A stretch of 63,517 nt of DNA, filler included, from Atractiella rhizophila (taxonomy: Eukaryota), in assembly GCA_021432655.1 (NCBI GenBank). It is 6 parts of 6 records of this genome, joined end to end, with 100 filler letters (N's around TTAATTAATTAA, not from the genome) between each part and the next. Parts side by side here need not be neighbours in the genome. Positions count along the whole stretch, not along the records: positions 1 to 25,299 come from MU271419.1; 5 more parts are not named here. One strand, 5' to 3'. The notes below the pieces were generated by a model. It was not told where the DNA came from and did not search any database. It saw only the letters and a program-made list of their open reading frames with translations. Shown piece by piece: positions 1-12,627 of the stretch (positions within the stretch are counted from its first letter, which is position 1; each line of letters begins with the position of its first letter). The position numbers and the translations under genes were made by a program.

Positions 1-1112
1 ACTGAGAGAAGAGAAATATACCTGGTGTAAGTATTTACAGCGCTTCCCAAATCTACAGCGACCCTTCACGAAATTTCGACAGACCTTCTTCCCTTGCTCA
101 GGATTGGAATCGACAGCCAAGTTCGCCGGTTTGATATCACTTTGAAGGATATTTTTTGTGTCGACAGGCTGCGTTTCGTCTTCATCTTCTGAGGAGGAGC
201 TCGAGTCGGAATCAGAGGAGGACGAGCTGGAGGAGAGAGAGGAGGTGTCGTCGGATGAATACATTACGAGCGCATCTGCCAACCCTGATGCTGGAGGTTT
301 CATCTGCTCTTGATCCATGGAGGACTCTGTAGGCTGTTCCTTCTTCTCGTCCGCTTCAGTTGCCGAAACTTTTCCACCCCTTCCCCTCCCTCTGCCCCTA
401 TCACCACGTCCTCTCCCACGTCCTCTACCACGGGTCCTCGAGTTGAGTCCGTTCTCAGGCATTGACGCTTCTTTCAGCTTGCGTTCTTCTTCCTGTCCAA
501 ATCCGCGACATCAGTGAATCAATTTCAGAAGAGTGAGATTTATGACAAACCGCCTGCTGCCTCCTCTCAGCCGTAGGGAACTTCTTCCTCCTCTCCTCTC
601 TCCACTTCTCGATCTCCTCTGCCGTTTCAAGCTTAATGTTTGTGCCTTCGATGCGCGGAGGAGGCCCACGCGTGAAATTGAAAGCTTTGATGGATTCGAT
701 GAAGAGGAGGGAGACCCAAGACGTGGGAGTTTCGCTGGCCGTTCCGCACGGTTCGAGTTCGAGTTTGAGTGCGAGTCCCATGATCGTTTCTGACCTCCGA
801 GTCTGCGATTCCTTCCTTCTCCAAAAGACGAAGCTGACCCTCTTGACTCCCTGTAGTCCAGATTGAGGTTCCCAACACCGGTGAAATCGGAGGGCGCTGT
901 AGGAGAGATCCCATATCCATCCGGCGTGAGGCGTTGCTGTTGTTGTACTCCCAAACCCATTCCTGGCATTCCCATTCCCATGTTCATTCCTTGATTCAGC
1001 CCCATGTTCATCGCCATACCCATCACGCCCATCGACGGGTATCCCCAAGTATTCATTCCGTTCATGAAAGGCATCTGCTGCTCGGGTTGGGGTAGAACTG
1101 CTGGTTGGGATA
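1..1112 (-). CDS. NUFIP1/Rsa1-like (FMR1-interacting domain) protein, partial; 5' part lies in the mirrored block (~2300-2446)
   Basis: IKLETAEEIEKWREERRKKFPT resembles the NUFIP1 domain. GT..AG intron at about 495-550, followed by an RG-rich then acidic/Ser-rich stretch. Apparent frameshift near 670 (probably a sequence error). Runs off the window start. Confidence 0.7.
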
Positions 1113-1137
1113 NNNNNNNNNNNNNNNNNNNNNNNNN

Positions 1138-2470
1138 GCTTGGAGGGGACGAGGTCGCCTCAGAGGTTTGACTCGTAGAGCTTTGAGAGAAAGTCTTGCA
1201 GAAGTATCGATGGTATATCTTAAAACCATGGCAGATAGTCATGCACCAGTACTGATGACCCCTCCTTCCTTACCTGCGTGACAAGCCCAACTGTTTTTTT
1301 ACCGCCGGGAAGAAAAGAAAGTAGACCTATACGATAATTCGGTCCATAAGATTTTGACAGTCCTTCTAACTTTCCCTACATGGACACCCGGTGTAATCTC
1401 ACTACTCTATAGGAGGAACCCACTATTCGCGCCGTATGGCGAACGGGGTTAGGCCAGAGTACCAACCACCCTCTCGGTGCTTCTTGGACTAATCCTGGAA
1501 ATTACAAGATAAATTGAACTTAATTTTTTCTTTATGTTTGCACTTTAGTATACGCTCTGGTTTTGGGTGGTCGCCCCCTACCCCTTGAACTTCTTCAGCA
1601 GTGTCTGCATAAAGTGGGAGAGAAAACGCCCCCTTAACGAGCGCAAACACCGATCGGTGAAGAGATGAAGTCAGTGAATAGTGCGGACCCTGTCTTGAGT
1701 GAAGGACGCGGAATCTCTGCCGACAACCTGAATACAGCTATGGGGTCGAAAGCTACAGTTCCTACCTTCGCTGTTCCTCCCCTAGTATGGGGACTTCTTT
1801 CTACTACTTAGCATACTTACACAATGAAACGGACTTTCGTGTTACGAATGGGAGGGTGTAGGTCGATGGTTCCGTGCAGGTAGGGAACCGGTAAGTTGAG
1901 GTCGTCCTCCTCTAAAGTTATATCGAAGCTCACGCCCAACTCTCGCTCGTAGCAGGGTTCCGATTGCCAGTTCAGTAGTTACTTTGTATACTGTGCTGAC
2001 CAATCTAGCTGGGTGTCAGCATGGAACGAAGGTTCAGGGTAGGGTAGGGAGTCGGCGATCCTGTCTCAAGTAGGCAAACTCGACAAGAAGTGCTCCTTCC
2101 TAACCTCATCGGTAAAAGATGTTTGCTGCTTCTGGAGTCGACGGGATATACTATACTATACTACCATGTCCAAGCAGGGTGCCAGACGCCAGTCAGCCGC
2201 TTTGCTCTCTCGCCTAACGACGCCCTAAATAAATAGGTCACAAACCCAAACCTAGAAAATATACAACGTCGCTGTAAAAAATTGAGGCTGGCGGACGTTG
2301 AAAACTCATAGACTAGACACCGTGAGAGACGTAGTTATGGTACCGCGGTAAGGAGTTGGCAGGGGAGATAAGTGAGATTAGGAGTTGGTTGGATAGGGAG
2401 GGTCGGTAAGCACGTTGGAGTCGGAGTCTACTACGGTTACGTACGTATAGGGTTGGTCGTCAAGATGGGG
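1138..2470. other. Mirrored block A (reversed, not complemented)
   Basis: 2447-2470 (atagggttggtcgtcaagatgggg) is the exact reversal of 1089-1112 (ggggtagaactgctggttgggata). Its plain complement encodes SNPQPTYPSQPFVQPQPQMMPMHAYPNQQFYP, which continues into the NUFIP1 gene. Confidence 0.9.
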
Positions 2471-3431
2471 GTAGGGATCAAAGATTGCGGTTTGGAGAAG
2501 AAAGTAACGTCTGGAGGTTACACCAAGCAACCCTAGACTGTCAAGGCTCAAGATGTAGCGCCGCGTAGTCACATCCTGCAGCTGAGAACATAAACTATGA
2601 TAAAAGAACAACGCGTTCAAATGTGTCCAAGAATGTGGGAGCAGGAAAGACTCGTAAATGATACTTTCTGTCCAACCCTCAAGTTTCAGCAATGTCACGG
2701 TATCCAAGTGAACCAAGGCCAAAAAAAGTTTTTCTTCAGTGGCGCTGGACGGACAGACAAGATCAACGGAAATAATGGGTGATTGAAAATGTAGAGCATA
2801 TTTGCCAAGTAAAGGAGATCAATCATTCTTTGGTTCGAATCCAAGAATCCAATGGGAAGCAAAGTGAAATGTAACCGTTTTAACAGGTCCAACCGCAATA
2901 TATCCTAGGTCGAAGTATAGCGTCCGAATGAGGCACCCATTCTTCAGCATAAGCATATCGCTCTAGTAGATGTGGAATAAAGCCTGACAGTTCAATTCAG
3001 TCTGAGGAGAGTGTGAGGAAGCCATCTGCGCAAGCGAGTAGGGTCAAAGTTTCAGCCGTATTGAGCAGATTCTTACTGCAATTTTTACTGCAATTTCTTG
3101 AAGAGTTAACTCAGGGGCGTGACTCATCTAAAGAGATATCTAAAAGGGCAGGCAGTTCCTTCTGAGTTCAAACGTTCAGTGTTCACAGTCAGGCCAGTCA
3201 CTAGTCAGGTGTCTTGATTATGGATCAGGGTGACTCATGTGACTCACTTCATTCCCTTCCAAGTTCGTCTTCAAAACCCGCGTTTCCATTTCTTCATCTC
3301 GATCTCCCAAAATTCAGCGCCTATCCCTCTCACCGCAAACGCGATTGTACTTGTATAGAGGCTGCTTTCGGCTTACACAAGAGAGATTTCAGAGTATTCA
3401 GAGTTTTAAGAGATTCAAGAGTTCTAGCAAG

Positions 3432-6400
3432 ATGGCGAATGTTGGTCCTGGCAAGGAAAAGGAGGAGCTCGTGAAGATGGAAAACGTGGGTTCTTCTGTC
3501 TGCCTCCTTGGTAGGATTGCGGGGCTAGATAGATTGGAAAGTGGCTAGTGTCACGGCTTGAACAATCTGCTTTAAATCGAGCATACCAACATCTTGAACT
3601 ATAAAAGTGTTCAACATGGATGTAGAAGCTAGCATTTGCAAAAGACGTCGTTCTGCTCTCATCTTTCTATTTCTTTTCGTAAGGAATGCCACACAATAAT
3701 TAAGGTGTTCTGTAGCTGATATTTATTTCTGACCAGACCACCAGACGAGACTACCTGATATCAATAGAGAAAGCCGTACAGAAGCGCTGGAAGGAAGAAA
3801 AAGTATTTGAAAGCGAGATTCCGACAGATGAAGCGGAGTATGAGAAGAAGGACAAATGGTTTGGGACATGTGCGTTTATTTTTCTCATTTTCATCGATGG
3901 AGCTGATGGATGCTGATATTAGTTCCTTGTAAGCTGCATCGTGTATTCAGTTAGTGAATCTCTGACGCTCTGCAGTTCCATACATGAATGGTTCCCTGCA
4001 TCTCGGACACTCGTTTTCAATTACGAAAATCGAGTTCACAGCTGGATACCAAAGGATGTTGGGCAAAAGGGTGCTTTTCCCCTTCGGATTCCACTGCACC
4101 GGTATGCCAATCAAAGTATGTTGTTCCTGCACTTGCTGTGCAGGATCTCATCGTCGCCACAGGCTGCAGCCGACAAAATCGTCAGAGAGATCGAGCTTTT
4201 TGGAGAGGACTTTTCAGGGTACGATGCTGAAGTTAAGGCGGACAAAGCGGTAGCGTCTTCCTCGAAAGCCAAATCAACCGATCAGAGCAAATCGAAGAAA
4301 GGGAAAGTAGCAGCAAAGAATACAGGTCTTCAGTACCAATTTCAGATCATGGAAAGCATCGGAGTGCCAAGAGAAGAGATCAAGAAGTTCGCTGATGCCA
4401 AATATTGGCTTTCTTACTTCCCTAACGTTGCTATTGTAAGATGTTTGTTTATTTCATTTACAAGATGACTGAGTGTAGGAGAGTAGGAAGACCTCACCAA
4501 CTTTGGAGCACGGATTGATTGGCGCCGTTCTTTCCTTACCACAGATATAAACCCTTGGTATGATTCCTTCGTCCGATGGCAAATGAACCGTCTACGAGAG
4601 CTCAACTATGTCAAATACGGGAAACGGAATACCATTTACTCGGAGAAGGACGGACAACCTTGTATGGACCACGATCGATCCAGTGGCGAGGGAGTTGGGC
4701 CACAAGAGTACACAGGTATCAAGATGGAGGTAGTGGAATGGGGAGAGAGGGCGGAGGAGATCAAGAAGATTGTTGAAGGAAAGAAAGTGTTCTTCATCGC
4801 CGCTACCCTCCGACCCGAAACAATGTACGCGCAGCCCGTCGTTTGTGTCCTTCAATAGAACGCGCTGACAACGAATAGGTACGGTCAAACAAACTGTTTC
4901 GTCTCTTCGACTATCAAGTACGGTATCTTCGCCTCGGACAAACCGAACGAGTATTATCTGTGCACTCATCGAGCAGCCCGGAACATGTCGTACCAAGATA
5001 TCCTGAAGGAGAACGGAAAAAGAGATCTACTTGTTGAGGTGAAAGGAGAGAGTCTCATTGGCACGAAGATCAAAGCTCCATTGTCTGTCCATCAGCAAGT
5101 CCACATTCTTCCTATGGAAACAGTCCTGGCAACTAAAGTAAGTGTGCTCCTTACGTCCCAGATTGATACTGACCTTGCGAGTCAGGGCACCGGAGTTGTC
5201 ACCTGCGTGCCTTCCGATTCACCAGACGATTGGATTACCCTGGCTGAGCTGAAAAAGAAAGCACCTTTCTACAAAATCGATGCTCTCTGGGCATCCGCTG
5301 AACCGATTTCCGTCCTCTCTACTCCTTCCTACGGCGACATGTCTGCAAAAACCCTTTGTGAACAACTCAAGATCAACTCTCCGAAAGACTCCAAACAACT
5401 TCTAGAAGCAAAGGAGAAGGCATATCAAGAAGGTTTCTACAAGGGCACCATGACCATTGGACCATACAAGGGGCAGCCTGTCCAAGATGCGAAGGAGAAG
5501 GTGAAGAAGGACCTGCTCGACGCTGGGGACGCATTCCTCTACTTCGAACCTGAAAGTCTTGTCATGTCGCGAAGTGCGGATGAGTGCGTAGTCGCGCTTT
5601 GCGATCAGTGGTATCTCGATTATGGGCAAGACGGCTGGCTGCAGAAAGCGGAGAAGTGCGTTGCTCCTCTCATCTTCTACGATTGCTTTATGAGAAAATA
5701 GGCTCGTGAATCGCATGGAGCTCTACAACCCTGAGACACGTCATGCCTTCAATCATGTCCTTGGCTGGCTTCATGAATGGGCGTGCTCGCGAACATACGG
5801 ACTGGGAACAAGGATCCCTTGGGATCCCCAATACCTCGTTGAGGGTCTCAGCGATTCCACGATCTATATGGCTTACTACACCATCTGCCACCTTCTGCAC
5901 GGTGAGAGCTTCCCCGTTTGCTTCTTCTGTGAAGAGGCTCATGAGGAAGCGATGGACAGGATACCCTCTCCACGCTGCGACTGAAGGACCGCTGGGCATC
6001 AAGCCTGAAGAAATGACGGACGAGATTTGGGACTATCTATACAGCGGCAAACCATTCCCTGAAAATCCGTCACCAGCCTCGCTCTCGAAGGAGAAAGCGG
6101 ACATACTCAAACGACACTTTGAATATTGGTACCCTATGACGATCCGATCTTCAGGTAAAGACCTTATCGGAAACCACCTTACATTCTGCATCTACGTTCA
6201 CTGCGCACTCTTCGACGAAAAACATTGGCCCCTTTCCATGCGAGCAAACGGTCATCTTATGATGAATGGAGCGAAAATGAGCAAGTCGAGTGGCAACTTC
6301 GCCACTCTTAAAGAATGCACGGTCAAGTACGGTGCTGACGCGACAAGGATGGCCCTGGCTGACTCTGGTGACGGAATGGATGACGCCAATTTTGAAGAGC

Positions 6401-7513
6401 AAGGAGCCAATGCTGGGATCTTGAGGCTATTTGTGCTCCAAGAGTGGTTCAAGGTCGGTCTTCCGCCCACTCAGGTAATACAGGCTAATATGAAGACATA
6501 GGAGATGATGACGACGAAGGATCAACTTCGCACTGGGCCGAAAGACAAATTTTATGACAAAGTGTTTGAGAGCGAGATCAACTCAGCAATTATTAAAGCT
6601 AAGGAAGCTTACGAAGTGTTCGTTCTCTCCTCTGTTGATCCTGATCCGAGACTAATATGTCTACAATGCAGGAGTTCGTTCAAAGACGCCCTGAAATACG
6701 GCTTCTTCGAGCTACAACTCGCACGAGACTGGTATCGCGAAGCCTGCGCACACGATGGTGGCATGCACGTCGACCTAGTTATGCTCTTCATCCGTGTCCA
6801 GACACTACTTATGGTTCCCATTATGCCACACATCACGGAGCACATCTGGAGCGACGTCCTTGGCGAGAAGACGTCTGTCCAGTTTGCCCGATATCCTGAA
6901 CCGACCTCCGCCGTCGACCGGATCATTCTAGACCAAGCAACGTATGTACGGGACGTAATCAAGAACGCGAGAGATGGGGAGAACACTTTCATTCGGCGCA
7001 TGAGCAAGAACAAAGATAAGAGCCAGTCTTATGCGGCGAACAAGAAAAAGGGAGTCAAGATCTACACTTCAAGCAAGTTTCCAGAATGGCAGGAGAAGTG
7101 TGTCGCGATTGTGAAAGAGTCTTACTCTACTGAAGAGGCAAAGGTGAATGATGAGCTGGTCAAGAATAAACTAGCCAGTTCAGGGATGCTAAAGGACAAG
7201 AGAGCGGTATGTGGCTTCCTCATCGCCTTTCCCACTTTCCTTGACGAGAACGAAACAGATGCCATTCATCCAAGTATTCAAACGGCGAATCACACAGTTT
7301 GGCGCAGACACTGCTTTCAACCGTACACTCCTTTTCGAAGAGCGAACTCTGCTAGAGTCTCTTGTGCCATACCTGAAGCGTGCGCTCGCTTTCGACGAGG
7401 TGGTCATCGTTAGTGTCGAGGATGGCCAGAAGGATGGAGAAAAGGACACAGAAAAGACGGCACGAGAGGCTAGCGAACCAGCAAACCCAACTTTTGTGTT
7501 TTATAATTTGTAA
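3432..7513 (+). CDS. CDC60: Cytosolic leucyl-tRNA synthetase (multi-exon)
   Basis: [11 protein letters not shown] (HIGH motif), GFHCTGMPI, editing-domain AATLRPETM and [20 protein letters not shown]. Canonical introns link the ORF pieces. Confidence 0.97.
3528..3698 (+). ncRNA. Candidate intronic structured RNA (H/ACA snoRNA-like)
   Basis: Lies in 251-nt intron 1 (3486-3736). Hairpins agattg/caatct with inner gtggc/gtcac, and ttgaac/gttcaa. ACA at about 3691-3695. Confidence 0.3.
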
Positions 7514-7815
7514 ATGCTTTGTCTAGACTGTTCTACTGTCAAGACGTAGCACTAAAGCACCTTTCAACCCATTTTGACGATTTTGACTCCATTTTATCTG
7601 CAGTCTTTCTTGCTTGTTTGGGTTGAGCACACATTCCGCACCAAAACATATCAGCTATATCAATCAGAGATGCTGAGGGCAAATCGACCCTCTGATTCAA
7701 GTCTCAGCTCGAAGGGTGGCGCCGTTCATAACAACGTGATGCAAGGTGTTTGAAGGCGGTCGGATTCACGTGAGCTTATTTCTTCTTTCAGATTGACAAC
7801 ATTGTCCTTTGTAAG

Positions 7816-8893
7816 ATGTTAGGCAAGTCTATGGTTTCTTGATGCGTATTCTTTGCTGACAATTCAGCAGTTGTTGGCCTAACAGGAGGAATTGCATCCG
7901 GTCAGTTCTTCCTCCCTCCTCCTTCTGTGTGATTATCATGTTACAATTCACCTCAGTTCACCTTGAGCATACACTGCAGTGAGCATTCGCTGCACTGAGA
8001 AGTCGCATCAGCGAAGCTGTATGCCCTACTCTTCTGACAAGTACTATTAGCTTGTAACGTCTGTTTCTTCAAAACGTCGACATGTTTGCGGGATTGGGAG
8101 CAGGACGCCTGCAAGTTCTGCAATACCCATGTTTTCGGTGGATATAAAATAAAAACATGGATATAAAACCATCAATTGTCTTAGCTAATACTATATGGCA
8201 GGCAAATCCTCAGTGTCCTACATCCTCCACTCACACGACATTCCAATAATCGACCTTGATGTTCTCGCCCGCGAAGCTGTTCTCCCCAACACATCAGCAT
8301 ATCGACGTATCGTCAAGCACTTTGGGTCCCCTGTAGTCGACTCCACGACCACTCCGCCATCCCTCAACCGAGAAGCTTTGGGAGCCATCGTCTTCAAGGA
8401 TGAGAAGGAACGAAAGATTCTGAACCGTATCGTCCATCCCGCCGTTCGACGACTTCTGTTTTGGAAAATTATCAAGCACTGGATCACCGGGTCCAAGATC
8501 GTCGTTGTCGATGCTCCTTTGCTCATCGAAGCAGGCCTCTGGCGTCTCTGCGGCTCCATTGTCCTAGTGTATACCACTCCTCCTCTCCAACTCTCTCGGT
8601 TACTCTCTCGAAATCCGCACCTATCCGAGCAGCAAGCGAAGGAAAGGATAGCCGCGCAGATGCCTTTAGACGAAAAGAGGAAATGGGCGGATTGGACAGT
8701 GGAGAATGTGGGGACGAGAGAAGAGCTGGAGGAACAGGTGAAGGATGTTTTAGAGCGGCTGAGTGCTCACATTGGAGGCGTTGGATGGGCTTTGTGTTGG
8801 CTAATACCGCCAGTCGGTGTGGTTTGGGCGTTGGTCAAGGTCGGGTATAGGTTAGGGTGGAAGAGGGTGGGAAGGAAGAAGAAAGTCGAGTGA
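7816..8893 (+). CDS. CAB5: Dephospho-CoA kinase (CoaE/DCAKD) with C-terminal hydrophobic tail
   Basis: Spliced N-terminus MLVVGLTGGIASGKSSVS (GC-AG intron 7823-7870, intron 7901-8201). Also LNREALGAIVF, IVHPAV, DAPLLIE, RIAAQMPL. Confidence 0.95.
7925..8041 (+). ncRNA. Candidate intronic box C/D snoRNA
   Basis: C-like GTGATTA at 7929, internal CTGA at 7995, terminal CTGA at 8034, all inside an oversized 301-nt intron. Confidence 0.4.
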
Positions 8894-9047
8894 TGAATAA
8901 ACCTCTCTGTTGCTGAGTGTTAGTATTACCTTCTTGAAATGGCTCGTCGTGTGAATCTTCCTTATTAATCGTTTGACAGCAAGACATTACATTTACTTTG
9001 TTGAATCTACATCACAAATACAAAATAAACTTGGCCTATATTCCAAA

Positions 9048-10762
9048 TCATGTGGCGACATGTGATGCTTTAGCAGCTTCCGGCTATACCAAACCGATTT
9101 AGCACAAAAAGGGAAACGAGAGGAAGCGTACCCTAGAACTTTCGGGCAGTGCTTCGGTCGGGACCGATAAATCGTCACCCAATCCAGTCTTAAGATAAGC
9201 CGGTATCTCGTCTTTCTCCTCTTCAAGTTCATTTCCCAGCGCCTCGAGCTCCGCCTCCAAGTCCGCCTCATCCACCTCATCCGGCGTCTCATACGTTCGG
9301 CCCATGATTTCACCGACCTCCTGAGTTTGCAGGATGAGATCCTCCATCTCGTCGTGCAGTCGCTCAATCTTATCGATGTTCACTTTCCCATATTGTTTCT
9401 TCATCTCCTTATTGGCCACCTTCATCGCTTCGTAGGTCGCCATCGTGTTCCGTAGATTGTCGGTCATGAGCGAAGCTTGCTCCATGTTGAACGTTGTCTG
9501 CTGCAGCTGAGCGAGTTGTGACTCGTAGATTCGCTTCTGCTTTAACGTCGATAATGCTCGTGTCTGCACGGCACGCTATGGAGAACGGTATATCAGCACA
9601 GGTTTTTTGACCACACGTCATAAAGAGAGATGGATCCTTGGTGTCATTGCTTGTTCTCCTAAAAGTAACATGGAGGCGTCAACAAACCTCCGCACAATTG
9701 ATAATTTCGAATCCTGAAGATATTTCTCCAGAATATTTTCCCTCTCGGCTCGTTCAAAGCATTGTTAACAGAATGGAAGGAAAGAAAACAGCAGGTAGAC
9801 TACGACTCGTCCGAGGAGTGAAGGAGAGTAAGAAATGACTTCAGATTAAGGAGGAGCCTTGTCTGAAGGTATGCTTCTCTACACTTGCCGTGATCAGCTG
9901 TGCGAGAACCAACCCTAGCTGTGAGGTTTGTTGATACTGACAGAGCTTGGAATATGATCTTCTTTCGATGGTATGATACGTATTCCCCGTATTTCATCTT
10001 TAAAAATCGCATCTCAAGCAACGAAAATTCCTCAGTTCTTTCTCTGTTAGATAAGAAGAACAGAAAAATGCTAGTCAGTTCGACCTGGAATACCGCTGCG
10101 CGGAAATGTCCCGACGCCATATTCTCATATCAGCCTTCAGCTGCAACGCACAGAATGAGCCAGCTTGCATCACTGGAAGGCAAAGAGAGTTGAGTGCCTA
10201 AATTTGATACTTTTCAACGGTGAACCTTCGCCTTCCCTGTATATGAGTCTGCTTTGCTCACATCTGCTTCGCCCTCTAATATACTTACTCAGTTGCACTT
10301 CGTTTCTCTCAGAATCAGTGCACTACACTACAACAGCTCAACTGCTCAACTGCAAACAAACGAAGAAAAGGCGAGTGGAGAGAGAGAGCAGGGAAGGAGG
10401 CATTGATGGTACGCAAGAATGCTGCCATTCTGTCGATACAGGCCTCTCATCTCGCACGAAAAACACAACCATTCCTCTCTGTTCCGCTCAGGAGCACAAT
10501 GGACTGTCTTCCCTTCAATTCCAATGTAGAAAAGCGCGCACCTTCCCCGGCCCGTCCCTCAACTTTGACATCTGTTCCTTCTGCTTCCTCAAATCCCCAT
10601 CCAACTTATCAATCTTCTTCTGGATACCTTCCATCCGCTCCTCAGTGCTCCCTATCGCGTCCTTAATGGACGGTGGCGGCGCTGAGGGCTTGGAGCCAAA
10701 TAGACGGTTCTGCGCCGTTCCCCATAAGACAACTAGTGGAAGATGGAAGTACGGCGTACCAT
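9048..10762 (-). CDS. VPS60: ESCRT-III Snf7-family protein Vps60/CHMP5
   Basis: M|NRLFGSKP..KLRDGPGK|RAVQTRALSTLKQKRIYESQLAQLQQTTFNMEQ..DEADLEAELEAL. Contains a 966-nt intron (9576-10541). Confidence 0.93.
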
Positions 10763-10946
10763 GACGCTTTGGTGGTGTGATACAGGATCTAATATTACTG
10801 TTGTGACTCTCTCCCCTCACAAGTTCCGACCACCTAGATAAGGTTACGTCGTGGTCAACTTTGCGTAACCGATTCCCACAACCACCAAAACTGCTTCTGG
10901 CTTATCTTTGTCATTTTTCTTCCCTTTCACAGTCAAAATTAGCCAA

Positions 10947-11335
10947 ATGACATCTTATTCTTTCCCCCTTGCCACCGCACACACTGTATCTCATATTACA
11001 GTGCCTCGAAGCGCAAAAAATGCAGGCAAGATATCCGCTGGTTTGTCTTTCCGTGACACCATCTTCCAGTGCTGACGTTCTTCTGTTGGTGCGATAAAGC
11101 GGTGACCTGCGGCGTCGTGGGGATCTTCTGGACGGCGTGTATAATCTTCTGGCTCATCAAGCGGACGGGACGGCCAGTTGTGAACCCTTTGACGATGGAG
11201 GAGGAGCAAGTGGATCAACAAGCTTTGGAGGAGAATGGAAAGGTTGGTGTGGGTGGAGTTAAGACGAAGGATTATGGGGAGGTGAAGGAGGTGCAGAGGA
11301 AAGGGACGAGGAGTGAGAAGGAGAAGTTGTCATAA
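10947..11335 (+). CDS. Small single-pass membrane protein, unknown function
   Basis: ATG at 10947, plausible intron about 11042-11099, hydrophobic VTCGVVGIFWTACIIFWLI, charged tail. Confidence 0.45.
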
Positions 11336-12627
11336 ACAGTTTCTCTCGCCTTTTTGGTAAGTTTTGTGACCTTTTCAGCGTGACGAGGACACTGAATTTT
11401 GTTGTTGCTCTATGATAGAGGCTCCCCTCACCATCTACCTTTACTTTTCCATTGTGACTTCGATGAGGGACTGAAGGAGACGACGCCGGGCTTCTCCCCA
11501 CACTCACCGATCTCCTTCTCACTGTTCGTCTGTATCAACCTCCCAGCTCGCAACTATGCGACCACCAACTCCACCTCTATCCTAAAACCCACACTCCATT
11601 CTAACCGCCGCCTAATCACCAATCCAACATTCCAACATGAGCTGTAGGCGCATAATCTTCACGCTTCTTTCTTCTTCCTTCTTCTCTTCGGTTTAAGTTT
11701 CAGGACGATGTGTATAAGAGACATGAAATTCATGTAGCCTGCAATTTTCTTCTTGCTAATTTGGTTGTCGTTATCCTGTCAGGTCAAGCTCGATCTTCAT
11801 AAAGACATCCGGCCGCTTACAAGACTTTGCTCAGACCTGTTCACAGCAGGAGGAAGGCTTGGCTCGTTCGCGCCTTGGCAGCATGACATTCTTCCCGCAA
11901 ATGAATGACACGGATCGACCAGCTGAGGGAATGGTCTTTGCTGCCCGTCAAGTCAAGGAGGAGTTGGAGCGAACAGCTTTGAGAGCTTTAAAGTTGCGGT
12001 TGAAGCGGGACAAGTAGGTAGGCAGCCTCTGGTGAGCATCCATCATCTACGTTTATGCATGTGAGAGCCTTGGGTCTTGGATTGGATTGTAGTTAGGTCG
12101 AGAGAGGGGATTATAGAATCCCTGAGCTGTGGTATCAGGCCCAACACAGGGAGAAAGGCGTTGCGAGTGCTGCTCGCTATGAAACTGCTATTGAAGCTGT
12201 GTTCGACCATGTTAGGGCCACTGTGAGGAACGGATCGCGATGCGCACCTAACATATTAGTATATCTACAGGTCATGTCATTAGTAAATCATTCAGTCATT
12301 GATAGTCTCTTTCGCCTCGCTTTGGCCTGTTTGTCTTTGGCCTGTTTGTCGTTGTCCCAAGGCGACAACACCACCGGTGTGAAAGCTCTCTGTGAGGAAG
12401 ACGCTTTGATAGAGCAAGTTGCAAGTTGCAAGGAAGAGGACAAGGCACATTTCATGGTAGCTCAGAATAACTTGCACCTTGTTAACGAGTTTCTAAGGGT
12501 GGAAATGTCCATTTGTTCAACTTTAGTATCCTGTGTGCGACAAGAATTGACTTAGACAAGTATACTCAGGGCCGGATAGGTGCTTGCACTTAGGTTCATT
12601 TCTTTGCGCGTTAGGGTCAAATAAAAC

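Noticed and set aside
4592..7013. Antisense ORFs over LeuRS (likewise over NudE and the Pro-rich gene)
   Set aside because: Shadow frames of real coding sequence.
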